From Candidatus Latescibacterota bacterium (lineage in GTDB: Bacteria > Latescibacterota > UBA2968 > GCA-2709665), in assembly GCA_965222075.1 (NCBI GenBank), contig OZ244937.1, positions 1,440,001 through 1,504,000 on the forward strand: a DNA stretch of 64,000 nucleotides, written 5' to 3'. The position numbers and the translations under genes were made by a program. How positions within the stretch are numbered: the first letter of the stretch is position 1; the number at the start of each line of letters is the position of its first letter. Positions 1 to 9,290 of this stretch are shown piece after piece. The notes under the pieces are model-generated. The model saw only the letters and a list, made by a program, of their open reading frames with translations, did no database searches and was not told the DNA's origin.

Positions 1-1
1 C

Positions 2-370
2 AGCGATATTATCTTATGGGATAGTTCGCGTCGGGCTACCAGGGGGACACTCGGCCCGGTGGATGGCTCCCGGGGCATGGTCGACGCCATCCACCATGCC
101 GCCCACATGGCCCGCATACGCTCCCTCGCCGCCGCCCAGGAAATGCTCGCCAACGCGCTGGTAGACCAGGAGCCGCGCTTCTTCGCGGCCCTCGAAGCTG
201 TGCTCGAGGTTCTGCCGGTGTCCAGGGCCTATACCGGGATCGATCTGGAGGGCGAAACCGCAGACGCTGGCGACGATTTCGAAGCCCTCTACAAACTGGC
301 CCGCCTCGCATACGGCGACGAGATCGACGAGCCCGAGCAACTCAAGCTCTGGCAGGAAGAAAACGCCTGA
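2..370 (+). CDS. 5'-truncated ORF; probable C-terminus of a DUF1156-type adenine DNA methylase of a restriction-like system
   Basis: Frame is open from position 2 (SDIILWDSSRR...VDAIHHAAHMAR...QEENA*). It stops 2 nt before the PLD-SNF2 start. Product inferred from context and a helical VDAxH tail; no methylase motif lies inside the window. Confidence 0.5.
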   Translation, partial: SDIILWDSSRRATRGTLGPVDGSRGMVDAIHHAAHMARIRSLAAAQEMLANALVDQEPRFFAALEAVLEVLPVSRAYTGIDLEGETADAGDDFEALYKLARLAYGDEIDEPEQLKLWQEENA

Positions 371-372
371 CC

Positions 373-3300
373 ATGCTCTGCGATCGCACATGGAAGCTCA
401 AATACACGCCTGATAACGGCGATCTCGTCAAGCTGTTCTACGTCCCCGCGCTGGAGGACGCCGAGCGCTACGACCGGCTGACCGGATACTTCAATGCCCG
501 CGCCCTGACGCTGGCGTCACGCGGCATTGAGGGGCTGGTCCGAAACGGCGGCCGCATGCGGCTCGTGGCCGGCTGCACCCTGGCCCCGCCTGAGATCGAA
601 GCGATCGAAAAAGGCGAGCAACTCCGCGACCTCGTCGAACGGCATTTGACAAACCTCCCCCCGGCTCCACCGGACCCGGCATCATCCGATGCGCTGGAAC
701 TGCTGGCCTGGATGGTCGCGCGCGGCCATCTGGATGTGAAGGTCGCCGTCCCCTGCGACGCCAATAGCAAGCCGATCCCGGCGGACGGCATCTTTCACGA
801 GAAAGCCGGCATCATCGAGGACCGCGGCGGTGACAAGATCGCCTGGAACGGCAGCCTCAACGAGACGGCTGCCGGCTGGCGGCACAACTGGGAGAGTATC
901 AACGTCTACACGAGCTGGGGGCCGGAACCCGGACGGGTCGCGGATGAGGAGGCCAACTTCGCACGCATCTGGGCCAACAAGGCGCGCCGCGTGGTCGTGC
1001 TCGACGTGCCCGATGCCGTGCGCCAAGACCTGATGCGCTTCATGCCGGCAAATGACATGCCCGCCCGCCTCAAAGAGCTTGAAAAAAAGCCCGCGAAGCC
1101 TTCTCCGGAGCCGGAGGCGAAGGAATCCGCAAAGCCAGCGGAAATCCCACCCGACGACCTGAGAAGCCGCGTCTGGTCTTTTATCCAACATGCACCCTCA
1201 CTGCCTGGGGGCGAGCGCGTAGGCGAAGCAACTTCGGCTATTACCCCCTGGCCGCACCAGGTAAGGGCTTTTGAACGCCTCTACCGCGATTGGCCGCCCA
1301 GGCTTCTGATCGCCGACGAGGTCGGCCTCGGCAAGACCATCCAGGCGGGCATGCTGCTGCGCCAGGCCTGGCTTGCCGGACGCGCCAAACGGATCCTGAT
1401 CCTGGCGCCCAAGGCCGTCCTCGGACAATGGCAGGTCGAACTGCGCGAGAAGTTCAACCTGAATTGGCCGATCTACGACGGCCGCAAGCTGGTCTGGTAT
1501 GATTCCCCAGCGTGGCGTGGGCGGAACGAGCGCGATGTCGACCGCGATCACTGGCATCGCGAACCCGTGGTGATCGCGTCGAGTCACCTGATGCGCCGTC
1601 GCGACCGCGCAGCGGCGCTTCTGGAAGCCGAACCCTGGGATCTGGTGGTGCTCGACGAAGCCCACCATGCCCGGCGCCGAGCCGCGGGAAGCCAGCAGGA
1701 GGGCGGGCCGAACGCGCTTCTCCGGCTGATGCAGGGATTGAAGGACCGCGCCCGGGGACTGGTTCTGCTAACGGCGACGCCGATGCAGGTTCATCCTATC
1801 GAAGTTTGGGACTTGTTGAACCTGCTCGGCCTGCCGCCGGAGTGGACCGCCAGGGCGTTTCTGGACTTTTTCGACGACATTGAGCAGCCGAACCCGTCAT
1901 CGGAGGCGTTGGACCACATGGCACAGCTGTTTCAGTCGGTCGAACGCGCCTACGGTGAAACCAAAACGGAGGCCGTGCAACACCTCGCCGACCTGTCGCG
2001 CCTGAAGGTCAACAAGATTCTCCGCGCGCTACGTAACGACGCCAGCATCCCACGCCGTCAGCTGGAAACGACGGAGCGCCGGACGGCGGTCAAGATCATG
2101 CGGGCGAACACACCGCTCCGCAGGCTGGTCTCACGGCACACCCGCGAACTGCTGCGCCGCTACTTCAAGGCGGGAACGTTGACCACACGGATCGCCGAGC
2201 GCCGGGTCGAGGATCGCTTCCTCGAGATGACGGCCCAGGAGCGGGCGCTCTATGACGCGGTCGAGGATTACATCGCCAGCACCTACAACCAGGCCAGCGC
2301 CAACGAGCGCACGGCGGTAGGATTCGTCATGACCATCTACCGCCGCCGACTCGCCAGCAGTTTTAACGCCCTGCGCAAGACGCTTCAACGCCATCTCACC
2401 GCCATTGCCGCCGGCAACCCGGCGCAATTGACAGGGGTGGACGAAGACGTTTCGGACGATGAAGCCGTCGACGAAATTCCGGACGCAGAGGAGGTAGAAA
2501 AGCTGGAGCGCGAGGCGCTTGCCGCTGAGGAGGAGGCCGACATCCAAAGTCTCCTTGCCCGTATCGGCCAACTGCCGCCCGACAGCAAGCTCGAAAGCCT
2601 GAAGAGCACCCTCGCCGAGCTTCGCCACGACGGCTATCGCCAGGCGATGGTCTTCACCCAGTACACCGACACCATGGATTTTCTGCGTGAAGCGCTCCTG
2701 AAGGACGCCGATTCGAGGTTGATGTGCTTCTCGGGACGCGGTGGAGAAATACCCTCCGCCGACGGCTCCTGGCGTCGGGTCGGCCGCGACGATGCCAAAC
2801 GGCGGTTCCGCAAATTCGAGGCCGACGTTCTGATGTGCACCGACGCCGCGGCCGAGGGCCTGAACTTCCAGTTCTGCGGCGCCCTGATCAACTACGACAT
2901 GCCGTGGAACCCCATGCGGGTGGAACAGCGCATCGGCCGCATTGACCGGCTCGGCCAGCAGCATGAGATCATTCGGATCGTCAATCTGCACTACGAGGGC
3001 ACGGTCGAAACCGACGTTTACCGGGCACTCAGAAACCGCATCGGCCTGTTCGAGTCCGTGGTCGGCCGCTTACAGCCGATTCTGGCGCAATTGCCACGGA
3101 CGATCTCGCAGACGGTGCTGTCGGGCGAGGACCGGGATGCCCTGGGACGCGCTAATGTCGTGGACGCAATCGAGCAACAGGCACGGGAAGCCGCGGGACG
3201 GGGTTTCGATATCGATGTGGTGACGGACGAAGAACTCGCCATGCCGGTGCGTGCGCCGTCGTCTGTCACCATGGAGGATCTCGACAGAGTGATCGGATCA

Positions 3301-3540
3301 TCGGACATGATGCCGCCGGAGACCGATATCCAGCTCATGGGACATCGGGAATACGGCCTGTTGGCCCCCGGCATGACCGAGCGCTTGCGCGTGACCACTA
3401 ACCCGGAGTATTTCGAAGAAAACGCCGAAAGCCTGGAACTGTGGTCCCCCGGCAATCCCCTGTTTACCCCTCCGGAGTTCACAACACGGGCGGGCAAACC
3501 GCCAGCCGACAAGACGTTGAAGGATATCCTGGACGGCTGA
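373..3540 (+). CDS. PLD-family nuclease fused to SNF2/RapA-like SF2 helicase (restriction-like defence effector)
   Basis: N-terminal HEKAGIIED...GSLNET (HKD-like PLD motif); Walker A ADEVGLGKT; LDEAHH; LTATP; AAEGLNFQ; QRIGRIDR. Confidence 0.9.
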   Translation: MLCDRTWKLKYTPDNGDLVKLFYVPALEDAERYDRLTGYFNARALTLASRGIEGLVRNGGRMRLVAGCTLAPPEIEAIEKGEQLRDLVERHLTNLPPAPPDPASSDALELLAWMVARGHLDVKVAVPCDANSKPIPADGIFHEKAGIIEDRGGDKIAWNGSLNETAAGWRHNWESINVYTSWGPEPGRVADEEANFARIWANKARRVVVLDVPDAVRQDLMRFMPANDMPARLKELEKKPAKPSPEPEAKESAKPAEIPPDDLRSRVWSFIQHAPSLPGGERVGEATSAITPWPHQVRAFERLYRDWPPRLLIADEVGLGKTIQAGMLLRQAWLAGRAKRILILAPKAVLGQWQVELREKFNLNWPIYDGRKLVWYDSPAWRGRNERDVDRDHWHREPVVIASSHLMRRRDRAAALLEAEPWDLVVLDEAHHARRRAAGSQQEGGPNALLRLMQGLKDRARGLVLLTATPMQVHPIEVWDLLNLLGLPPEWTARAFLDFFDDIEQPNPSSEALDHMAQLFQSVERAYGETKTEAVQHLADLSRLKVNKILRALRNDASIPRRQLETTERRTAVKIMRANTPLRRLVSRHTRELLRRYFKAGTLTTRIAERRVEDRFLEMTAQERALYDAVEDYIASTYNQASANERTAVGFVMTIYRRRLASSFNALRKTLQRHLTAIAAGNPAQLTGVDEDVSDDEAVDEIPDAEEVEKLEREALAAEEEADIQSLLARIGQLPPDSKLESLKSTLAELRHDGYRQAMVFTQYTDTMDFLREALLKDADSRLMCFSGRGGEIPSADGSWRRVGRDDAKRRFRKFEADVLMCTDAAAEGLNFQFCGALINYDMPWNPMRVEQRIGRIDRLGQQHEIIRIVNLHYEGTVETDVYRALRNRIGLFESVVGRLQPILAQLPRTISQTVLSGEDRDALGRANVVDAIEQQAREAAGRGFDIDVVTDEELAMPVRAPSSVTMEDLDRVIGSSDMMPPETDIQLMGHREYGLLAPGMTERLRVTTNPEYFEENAESLELWSPGNPLFTPPEFTTRAGKPPADKTLKDILDG

Positions 3541-3562
3541 TGCACGGGCCGTCAGGTACGCC

Positions 3563-3715
3563 TGAAACAACAAAACGAGGAAATCCTGCTCTGCGTTGAA
3601 CCTGACCGCAGAAGTCCCGCCCCTTGTTGATTTTGAGCTGGGGTTCGACGGCTTGACGCACAATCCCAAAAGTCGGCGGTTCAAGCTGGCGGTTGCCTAT
3701 CAACTCAGGCGTTAA
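3563..3715 (+). pseudogene. Internally collapsed relic of a TonB-dependent receptor paralogue (leader plus last ~40 codons)
   Basis: 3593-3715 reads ALNLTAEVPPLVDFELGFDGLTHNPKSRRFKLAVAYQLRR*, compared with the receptor end GMNLLDTMPPLVNIEQAYDGFTHDPKGRRFKLAVRYQLGR*. 3563-3576 TGAAACAACAAAAC is identical to 5338-5351, the receptor's leader. Confidence 0.85.
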
Positions 3716-3733
3716 TGGAAGGAAAATGTTTAA

Positions 3734-5290
3734 ATGTGTGTAGAAGGAAAACAACCACAACTGCCGGATGACAAGGAGTACCGCAAGCTATTCGGTTTGG
3801 ATATCTACCTGACACCGGTGTTCGTGATTTCCAGTATCACCATTGTCGCCTTTGTCATTGGGGCACTTGTCTTCCAGGAAGCTGCGACGGAAGTTTTCAA
3901 AAATATCCGCGGGTGGCTTACGACAAACCTCGATTGGTTCTTTATGAGTGCTGCCAATCTCGTCTTGCTCTTTTGTCTGTATGTGGCTCTATCGCCCCTC
4001 GGCAAGGTGCGCCTGGGGGGCACGGACGCAAAACCCGAATACTCCAATTTAACCTGGCTTGCCATGCTCTTTGCAGCAGGTGTGGGCATAGGTCTGCTGT
4101 TTTTCGGGGTGGCGGAGCCGGTCTACTACTTTCAGAAGCCGCCGCTCGGCATTACCCCCAAAACAGAGGAGGCCGCTATCGTCGGCATCGCGGCGACGGT
4201 CTTCCACTGGGGGCTGCATGGTTGGGCAATCTACGGAGTCGTTGGACTCGCCCTCGGGTTTTTCGCGTACAACAAGGGATTGCCTCTCACCATCCGATCG
4301 GCGTTCTACCCCTTGTTTGGCGACCGCGTCTGGGGCTGGCCCGGACACATCATTGACACGTTCGCCATATTCGCAGGATTGTTTGGGCTTGCGACCTCCC
4401 TCGGTTTGGGGGTTCAACAGGTGACATCCGGGTTCAACTATCTGTTTGATATCCCTGCGAACAACACCACCATGGTGGTGCTGATTGTGGTGATCACGTC
4501 CATCGCGCTGACATCGGTGCTGACGGGTATTAATGTCGGTATCAAGCGTCTTAGCCAGTTCAACATGATTCTCGCGTTTTTGTTGCTATTGGCTGTTATC
4601 ATACTCGGTCCGACGCTCTACATTTTCAACAGTATATTCGCTGTGCTCGGTAGCTATCTCGCGAAGATTGTACCACTCAGCAACTGGATCGGGCGGGAAG
4701 ACACCGGCTTCCTGCACAACTGGACCACGTTCTACTGGGCGTGGTGGTTTGCCTGGGCGCCGTTCGTCGGCACGTTCATCGCCCGCGTTTCAAAGGGGCG
4801 CACCGTTCGCGAATTCATAATCTTCGTGCTCCTGGTGCCGACGCTTTTATGTTTACTGTGGTTTGGTACCTTTGGCAGCACTGCGTTCTACCAGCACATC
4901 GTTGAGGGCTATACCGGTGTAACCCAGAATGTTGAGGCCTGGAAGCTTGAAATTGTATTGTTTAAAATGTTTGACAAACTCCCCATGACGACATTACTTT
5001 CATCTGTTGCGATGCTTCTGACTATCGTATTTTTCGTTACCTCGTCAGACTCCGGATCGTTGATTATCGACACCATTGCAGCCGGCGGCAAGGTTGACGC
5101 CCCAGTAGCACAACGTATTTTCTGGTGTACGATTGAGGGGGTAGTCGCTATAGCGCTCCTGCTTGGTGGAGGATTAAATGCGTTGCAGGCTGCCTCGCTC
5201 GCAACCGGCTTCCCGTTCGCCATTGTCCTCCTGGGAATGGCAGTCTGCGTCTGGATGGGACTTCGTAGCGAAACGCGTAAATCGCACTGA
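3734..5290 (+). CDS. BCCT family (betaine/carnitine/choline) transporter
   Basis: About 12 TM segments; WLAMLFAAGVGIGLLFFGVAEP, FHWGLHGWAIY, WTTFYWAWWFAWAPFVGTFIARVSKGRT, FFVTSSDSG. Confidence 0.95.
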   Translation: MCVEGKQPQLPDDKEYRKLFGLDIYLTPVFVISSITIVAFVIGALVFQEAATEVFKNIRGWLTTNLDWFFMSAANLVLLFCLYVALSPLGKVRLGGTDAKPEYSNLTWLAMLFAAGVGIGLLFFGVAEPVYYFQKPPLGITPKTEEAAIVGIAATVFHWGLHGWAIYGVVGLALGFFAYNKGLPLTIRSAFYPLFGDRVWGWPGHIIDTFAIFAGLFGLATSLGLGVQQVTSGFNYLFDIPANNTTMVVLIVVITSIALTSVLTGINVGIKRLSQFNMILAFLLLLAVIILGPTLYIFNSIFAVLGSYLAKIVPLSNWIGREDTGFLHNWTTFYWAWWFAWAPFVGTFIARVSKGRTVREFIIFVLLVPTLLCLLWFGTFGSTAFYQHIVEGYTGVTQNVEAWKLEIVLFKMFDKLPMTTLLSSVAMLLTIVFFVTSSDSGSLIIDTIAAGGKVDAPVAQRIFWCTIEGVVAIALLLGGGLNALQAASLATGFPFAIVLLGMAVCVWMGLRSETRKSH

Positions 5291-5362
5291 TGAGAATATC
5301 AGGCAGGCGGATATGGAAGCTGTCTCTGCGGTACAGGTGAAACAACAAAACAAGGAGGTCCT

Positions 5363-8300
5363 ATGAAGTTCCGGAGCAGGTATATTCCGATTGTGGTATG
5401 CGCGGCATTGCTTTTCAGCGCGGATGCGGTTCGGGCACAATCTGCTGGAACCGTCACCGGTACTGTGGTCGATGCTGAAAATGGAGACAAATTGGAAGTG
5501 GTGCAGGTCTATATTTTAGCCCTGAATCTGGGCGTGGTGTCGGACGCACAAGGCCGCTTTACCATCCACAATGTGCCGCCTGGCGCGCACAAACTGAGGG
5601 CCGACCTGATCGGCTATGCGAGCGTGGAGATTGCGGTCACTGTGGCTGCCGGGCAGACGGTCTCCATCGCGTTGCAGATGCATCCCACCGCGCTTTACCT
5701 GGATGAACTGGTGGTGACCGGCACGGCCTTCAAAGAATCCCCCATCAACTTGCCCTATGCGGTCGCCGTGGTCGGGCGGAAAAAGATGGAAGAACAGGGG
5801 TCTCCGCAGGCCGTTGATTTCTTCAAGAACCTGGGCGCGAGCCACGGCGTGATCGGCGAGCGGAGCAGCTGGTACAACGCCGGCCAGGCCGCCACCCTTA
5901 CGGAGAGCATCGCCAACGTCAACCTGCGCGGCCTGGGGGCCTCGCGCACCCTGGTGTTGATCAACAGCCGCCGCCAGACCTATGTCCCGGCACGCTTGAT
6001 CGGTGGGCGATTCGTCGATGTCAATGTCATCCCCGCCATCGCCATTGACCGGGTCGAAGTGCTCAAAGAGGGGGCCTCGGCCATCTATGGGTCGGATGCG
6101 GTGGCCGGCGTGGCCAATTTCTTGACCCGCGCCGACTTTACGGGCTTTGAAGTCTCGGCGGCCCACGACCATTTCGCCGGGGCCGGCGATACCAACGCCG
6201 GCGCGATATGGGGTGGGAAACTCGGCAAGGCCCATGCGGTTATTTCTGCGGAATGGAGGGGACGGCAAAAGTTGCCGGCCTCCGAAAGGGACTACCTGCT
6301 CCAGCCGTGGTACGGTAGCGGGCAGCGCCTCGGATGGTCGAGCCTGGGCAACCCGGGCACCTTCGCCATCGGAGCGCCCGCTCCATGGACCGCCGCCATC
6401 CACGCCCCGCACTGCGAGGAATTCGGCGGCTACCGGGAATCCTGGACCTGCCGCTTCCGCTATCAGCAGTATGAGAATCTGATCGAGGACATGAGCCATA
6501 CCCGTGCTTTTGCCGAGATCAACGGTTCTCTGGACAATGGCACCGATTATCACGTCGAAGGCCTGTGGGCCGAGGCCAGGATTGACGATTGGTACACGAC
6601 CCCTTCGTACCCTCCCTTCCCCCTGACAGACACGAGTATCCAGGAGGTCGCGCCCAACCACCCGGGCAGGCAGGCGTTCTGCGACGACTACGGCGCTGGG
6701 CCCGGCGACCCATACTACGAGGCATGCCAGGGCAGCGAGAACTGGTATTTCAACGGCCGCCCGTTTGGCAACTCGGGCCCCGGGCGCACGCTGGACCGCG
6801 ACTCCCGCACGTGGCGCGTGGCGGCTTCCGCGAATGGCGACTTTAAGGCATTCGGCGGGCAGGACGCTCATTTTGACCTGGGTATGTCCTATTCCCGCAC
6901 CGAGGGCAACTACAACCTGCCGGGGGTGTACATCGAGCGGATATTCCTTGGCTTCCGCGGTTTTGGGGGGCCAAATTGCGGCGTTGGCGTGGAGGCGGAT
7001 CCCACGTCCCTTGCCGGGATGCGGCTCGGCGCGCTCAACGGCCAGGTGGCAGGTCAGGGCAACTGCCAGTACTACAACCCCTTCGGCAATGCCATCGAGT
7101 TCACGGATCAACATGGCTCGAAGTATGCAACCCAGGCGAATCCCACTTACCGCGCCAACCTTGCCAACAGCCCCCAATTGCGGCAATGGCTCAATCAGGA
7201 AGTCGATCTACAGAGCACCGCGGATATGCTGGTCGCCGATGCGACGCTGACCGGAACGTGGATCGAGGACGTCGCCAGTTACGCGGCCGGCTACCAGTTC
7301 CGTCTGTTCAATGCCAGCGGCGATCCCAACGACGCCGGTGACGTGACCATCAACCCCTGTCCGGTTGTGGGCGATAAGAATTGCTCAGAGGAAGATAAGT
7401 TTGGTCCCTATGCGTTTACGAATGTGAATCGGCCTTATGATGAATCTCAGACGGTGCATCGCTTCTTTGCCGAGATTCCCCTGAGCCTGGGAGAGCGCGT
7501 TGATGCGCAACTCGCCGCGAACTACGAGTTCCACGACGTGGCGAGCAGTTTCGATCCCAAGTTCGGCTGGCGCGCGCAACTTTCGCAATCCCCGACCCAC
7601 TCCCTGTTCATGCGCGGCTCGGTGCAGACGACGTTTCGCACGCCAGCGCTGGACGATGTGAATGAAAGCCCGCTTTCGACGCTCGAGTGGATCAATGAGA
7701 CGGGCGCCTATCAAACGGTGGACCGAATCGGGAGCAAGGACCTCAAACCCGAACAGGCTTTTACCTATAATGCGGGCCTCGTCCTGGTCACAGAGACGGG
7801 CTTTGATGCGACGTTCGACTACTGGAGCTACGATTTCAGCGATGTCATCGGCTCCATGCCGCACGGGGAAATTACTAAATTATATGCCGATGGAGCGAAT
7901 AAGGAGGCCCTGAAGCAATTCATTGTCTGCCCGGACGGGGTAGGCACGGGCACATGCGCGGCCTCAGAACTCGAGCGGGTGCGAGTTGATATCGTCAATT
8001 GGCCAGGGGTCAAGACCTCGGGGATTGATTTGCATCTGGGCACGCGGGCGCAGGCGGGATCGGGGCAATTCGAGGCCAGTCTGGACGGCACCTATACGCT
8101 GGCGTACAAGACCAAGGCCCTGACGCTCGGCAGCCTGGTGCTCCAGAAAGCGGCGGACGCTGCCGGCTACTTGAATTTTGGAAATCCCATTGCAACCTCG
8201 CTTCCCAAGTTCAAGGGCCGGGTATCGGCGGGCTATCACTGGAAAACCCACAGCCTCGTGAGCTTCCTGAACTACATTTCGTCTTACGAGGACCGGGGGT

Positions 8301-8539
8301 CAATGAACTCCGATAATGCTAAAATTAAAGAATTATTCGGTACCATCGACCCGTTCGTCACGTGGGATGTGAGCTTTCTTTGGAACTTGTCCAAGGGGGT
8401 CAACATCGCGGCCTCCGGGATGAACCTGCTCGACACTATGCCGCCTCTGGTCAACATCGAGCAAGCGTACGACGGCTTCACGCACGATCCCAAAGGCCGG
8501 CGGTTCAAGCTGGCGGTTCGATATCAACTCGGGCGTTGA
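5363..8539 (+). CDS. TonB-dependent receptor with N-terminal carboxypeptidase-regulatory-like domain
   Basis: Signal peptide; GTVTGTVVDAENG domain; TonB box LDELVVTG; plug NLRGLGASRTLVLIN...IDRVEVLKEGASAIYGSDAVAGVANF; C-terminal beta-strand; RBS AAGGAGG. Confidence 0.95.
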   Translation: MKFRSRYIPIVVCAALLFSADAVRAQSAGTVTGTVVDAENGDKLEVVQVYILALNLGVVSDAQGRFTIHNVPPGAHKLRADLIGYASVEIAVTVAAGQTVSIALQMHPTALYLDELVVTGTAFKESPINLPYAVAVVGRKKMEEQGSPQAVDFFKNLGASHGVIGERSSWYNAGQAATLTESIANVNLRGLGASRTLVLINSRRQTYVPARLIGGRFVDVNVIPAIAIDRVEVLKEGASAIYGSDAVAGVANFLTRADFTGFEVSAAHDHFAGAGDTNAGAIWGGKLGKAHAVISAEWRGRQKLPASERDYLLQPWYGSGQRLGWSSLGNPGTFAIGAPAPWTAAIHAPHCEEFGGYRESWTCRFRYQQYENLIEDMSHTRAFAEINGSLDNGTDYHVEGLWAEARIDDWYTTPSYPPFPLTDTSIQEVAPNHPGRQAFCDDYGAGPGDPYYEACQGSENWYFNGRPFGNSGPGRTLDRDSRTWRVAASANGDFKAFGGQDAHFDLGMSYSRTEGNYNLPGVYIERIFLGFRGFGGPNCGVGVEADPTSLAGMRLGALNGQVAGQGNCQYYNPFGNAIEFTDQHGSKYATQANPTYRANLANSPQLRQWLNQEVDLQSTADMLVADATLTGTWIEDVASYAAGYQFRLFNASGDPNDAGDVTINPCPVVGDKNCSEEDKFGPYAFTNVNRPYDESQTVHRFFAEIPLSLGERVDAQLAANYEFHDVASSFDPKFGWRAQLSQSPTHSLFMRGSVQTTFRTPALDDVNESPLSTLEWINETGAYQTVDRIGSKDLKPEQAFTYNAGLVLVTETGFDATFDYWSYDFSDVIGSMPHGEITKLYADGANKEALKQFIVCPDGVGTGTCAASELERVRVDIVNWPGVKTSGIDLHLGTRAQAGSGQFEASLDGTYTLAYKTKALTLGSLVLQKAADAAGYLNFGNPIATSLPKFKGRVSAGYHWKTHSLVSFLNYISSYEDRGSMNSDNAKIKELFGTIDPFVTWDVSFLWNLSKGVNIAASGMNLLDTMPPLVNIEQAYDGFTHDPKGRRFKLAVRYQLGR

Positions 8540-8540
8540 C

Positions 8541-8579
8541 AGAAAAAGGCACGGCCCCGTGGCCGTGCCTTTTTCTTTT
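8541..8579. terminator. Bidirectional intrinsic terminator
   Basis: AGAAAAAGGCACGGCC-ccgt-GGCCGTGCCTTTTTCT perfect hairpin between convergent genes. Confidence 0.9.
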
Positions 8580-8599
8580 GATCCTGTTCTACAGACCGT

Positions 8600-9160
8600 T
8601 TATTGGCCTGCGCCCAGCGTCAATCCCACGCTGAATCGGAAAGAACTGTCTATCTGATCGTCTGCAATAACAAGCTTCAGTTCGCCAAACCACAACAGCC
8701 CCCTGCTCACCTTTCGCTGAAATCCGAGCGGGATATTAAGGCTGATCTTGGTATCGTTTTTTAAGTCCGGATTGGCTTGAAGAAACGCAGGATCAAGCCG
8801 GTTGAGGTGAACGCCAATGCCCGCCCCGGCGTATCCGATCATTTTCCCGTTCTGAATAAACAGGTATCGGGCATCCCCGTTCAGCGAGAACGTCCTGTGA
8901 TTGTCCTGTAGAACCACATCCATCCCGGGCACCAGGTGGAGCTTGGGAATAACGACTGGCCCCAGGTCCAGATGCCCCCCCAGAACCAGGCTGGCGGTAT
9001 CGAATGAGGTCCCTCCAAAAACATTTTCCTGCTGCGTAAGGTCCACACCGACCTTCAGGCCAAGCCCCTTCAAACCGATCGCCTCCACGCTGCCTGCAAA
9101 GACCAGCAGGGCCAAAAAAACCCCTCCCATGCATCCCTTACGAAACATAAGCCATCCCAT
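8600..9160 (-). CDS. Outer-membrane beta-barrel protein (OmpA-like 8-strand)
   Basis: Signal peptide ending AGSVEA; amphipathic strands YAGAGIGVH, LWFGELKL, FRFSVGLTL; ATG at 9160 with GGAGGG RBS. Confidence 0.75.
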   Translation of the reverse strand: MGWLMFRKGCMGGVFLALLVFAGSVEAIGLKGLGLKVGVDLTQQENVFGGTSFDTASLVLGGHLDLGPVVIPKLHLVPGMDVVLQDNHRTFSLNGDARYLFIQNGKMIGYAGAGIGVHLNRLDPAFLQANPDLKNDTKISLNIPLGFQRKVSRGLLWFGELKLVIADDQIDSSFRFSVGLTLGAGQ

Positions 9161-9290
9161 ATCTGTTCCCTCCACTTTTTCAGGCGTCCGGCCGTCGACC
9201 TGAGCTGCTTAAAAAAATACGTACGGATGGTAAAATATACGGAAATCATCCCTTCAGGTCAAACCCTTGAAATACATCCGATGTATATTC

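Noticed and set aside
5516-7186. Long antisense ORFs (also 11725-13254, 21551-22900, 28384-29898, 49093-50499, 53330-54784)
   Set aside because: Shadow frames of well-supported genes in GC-rich DNA, with no recognisable motifs.
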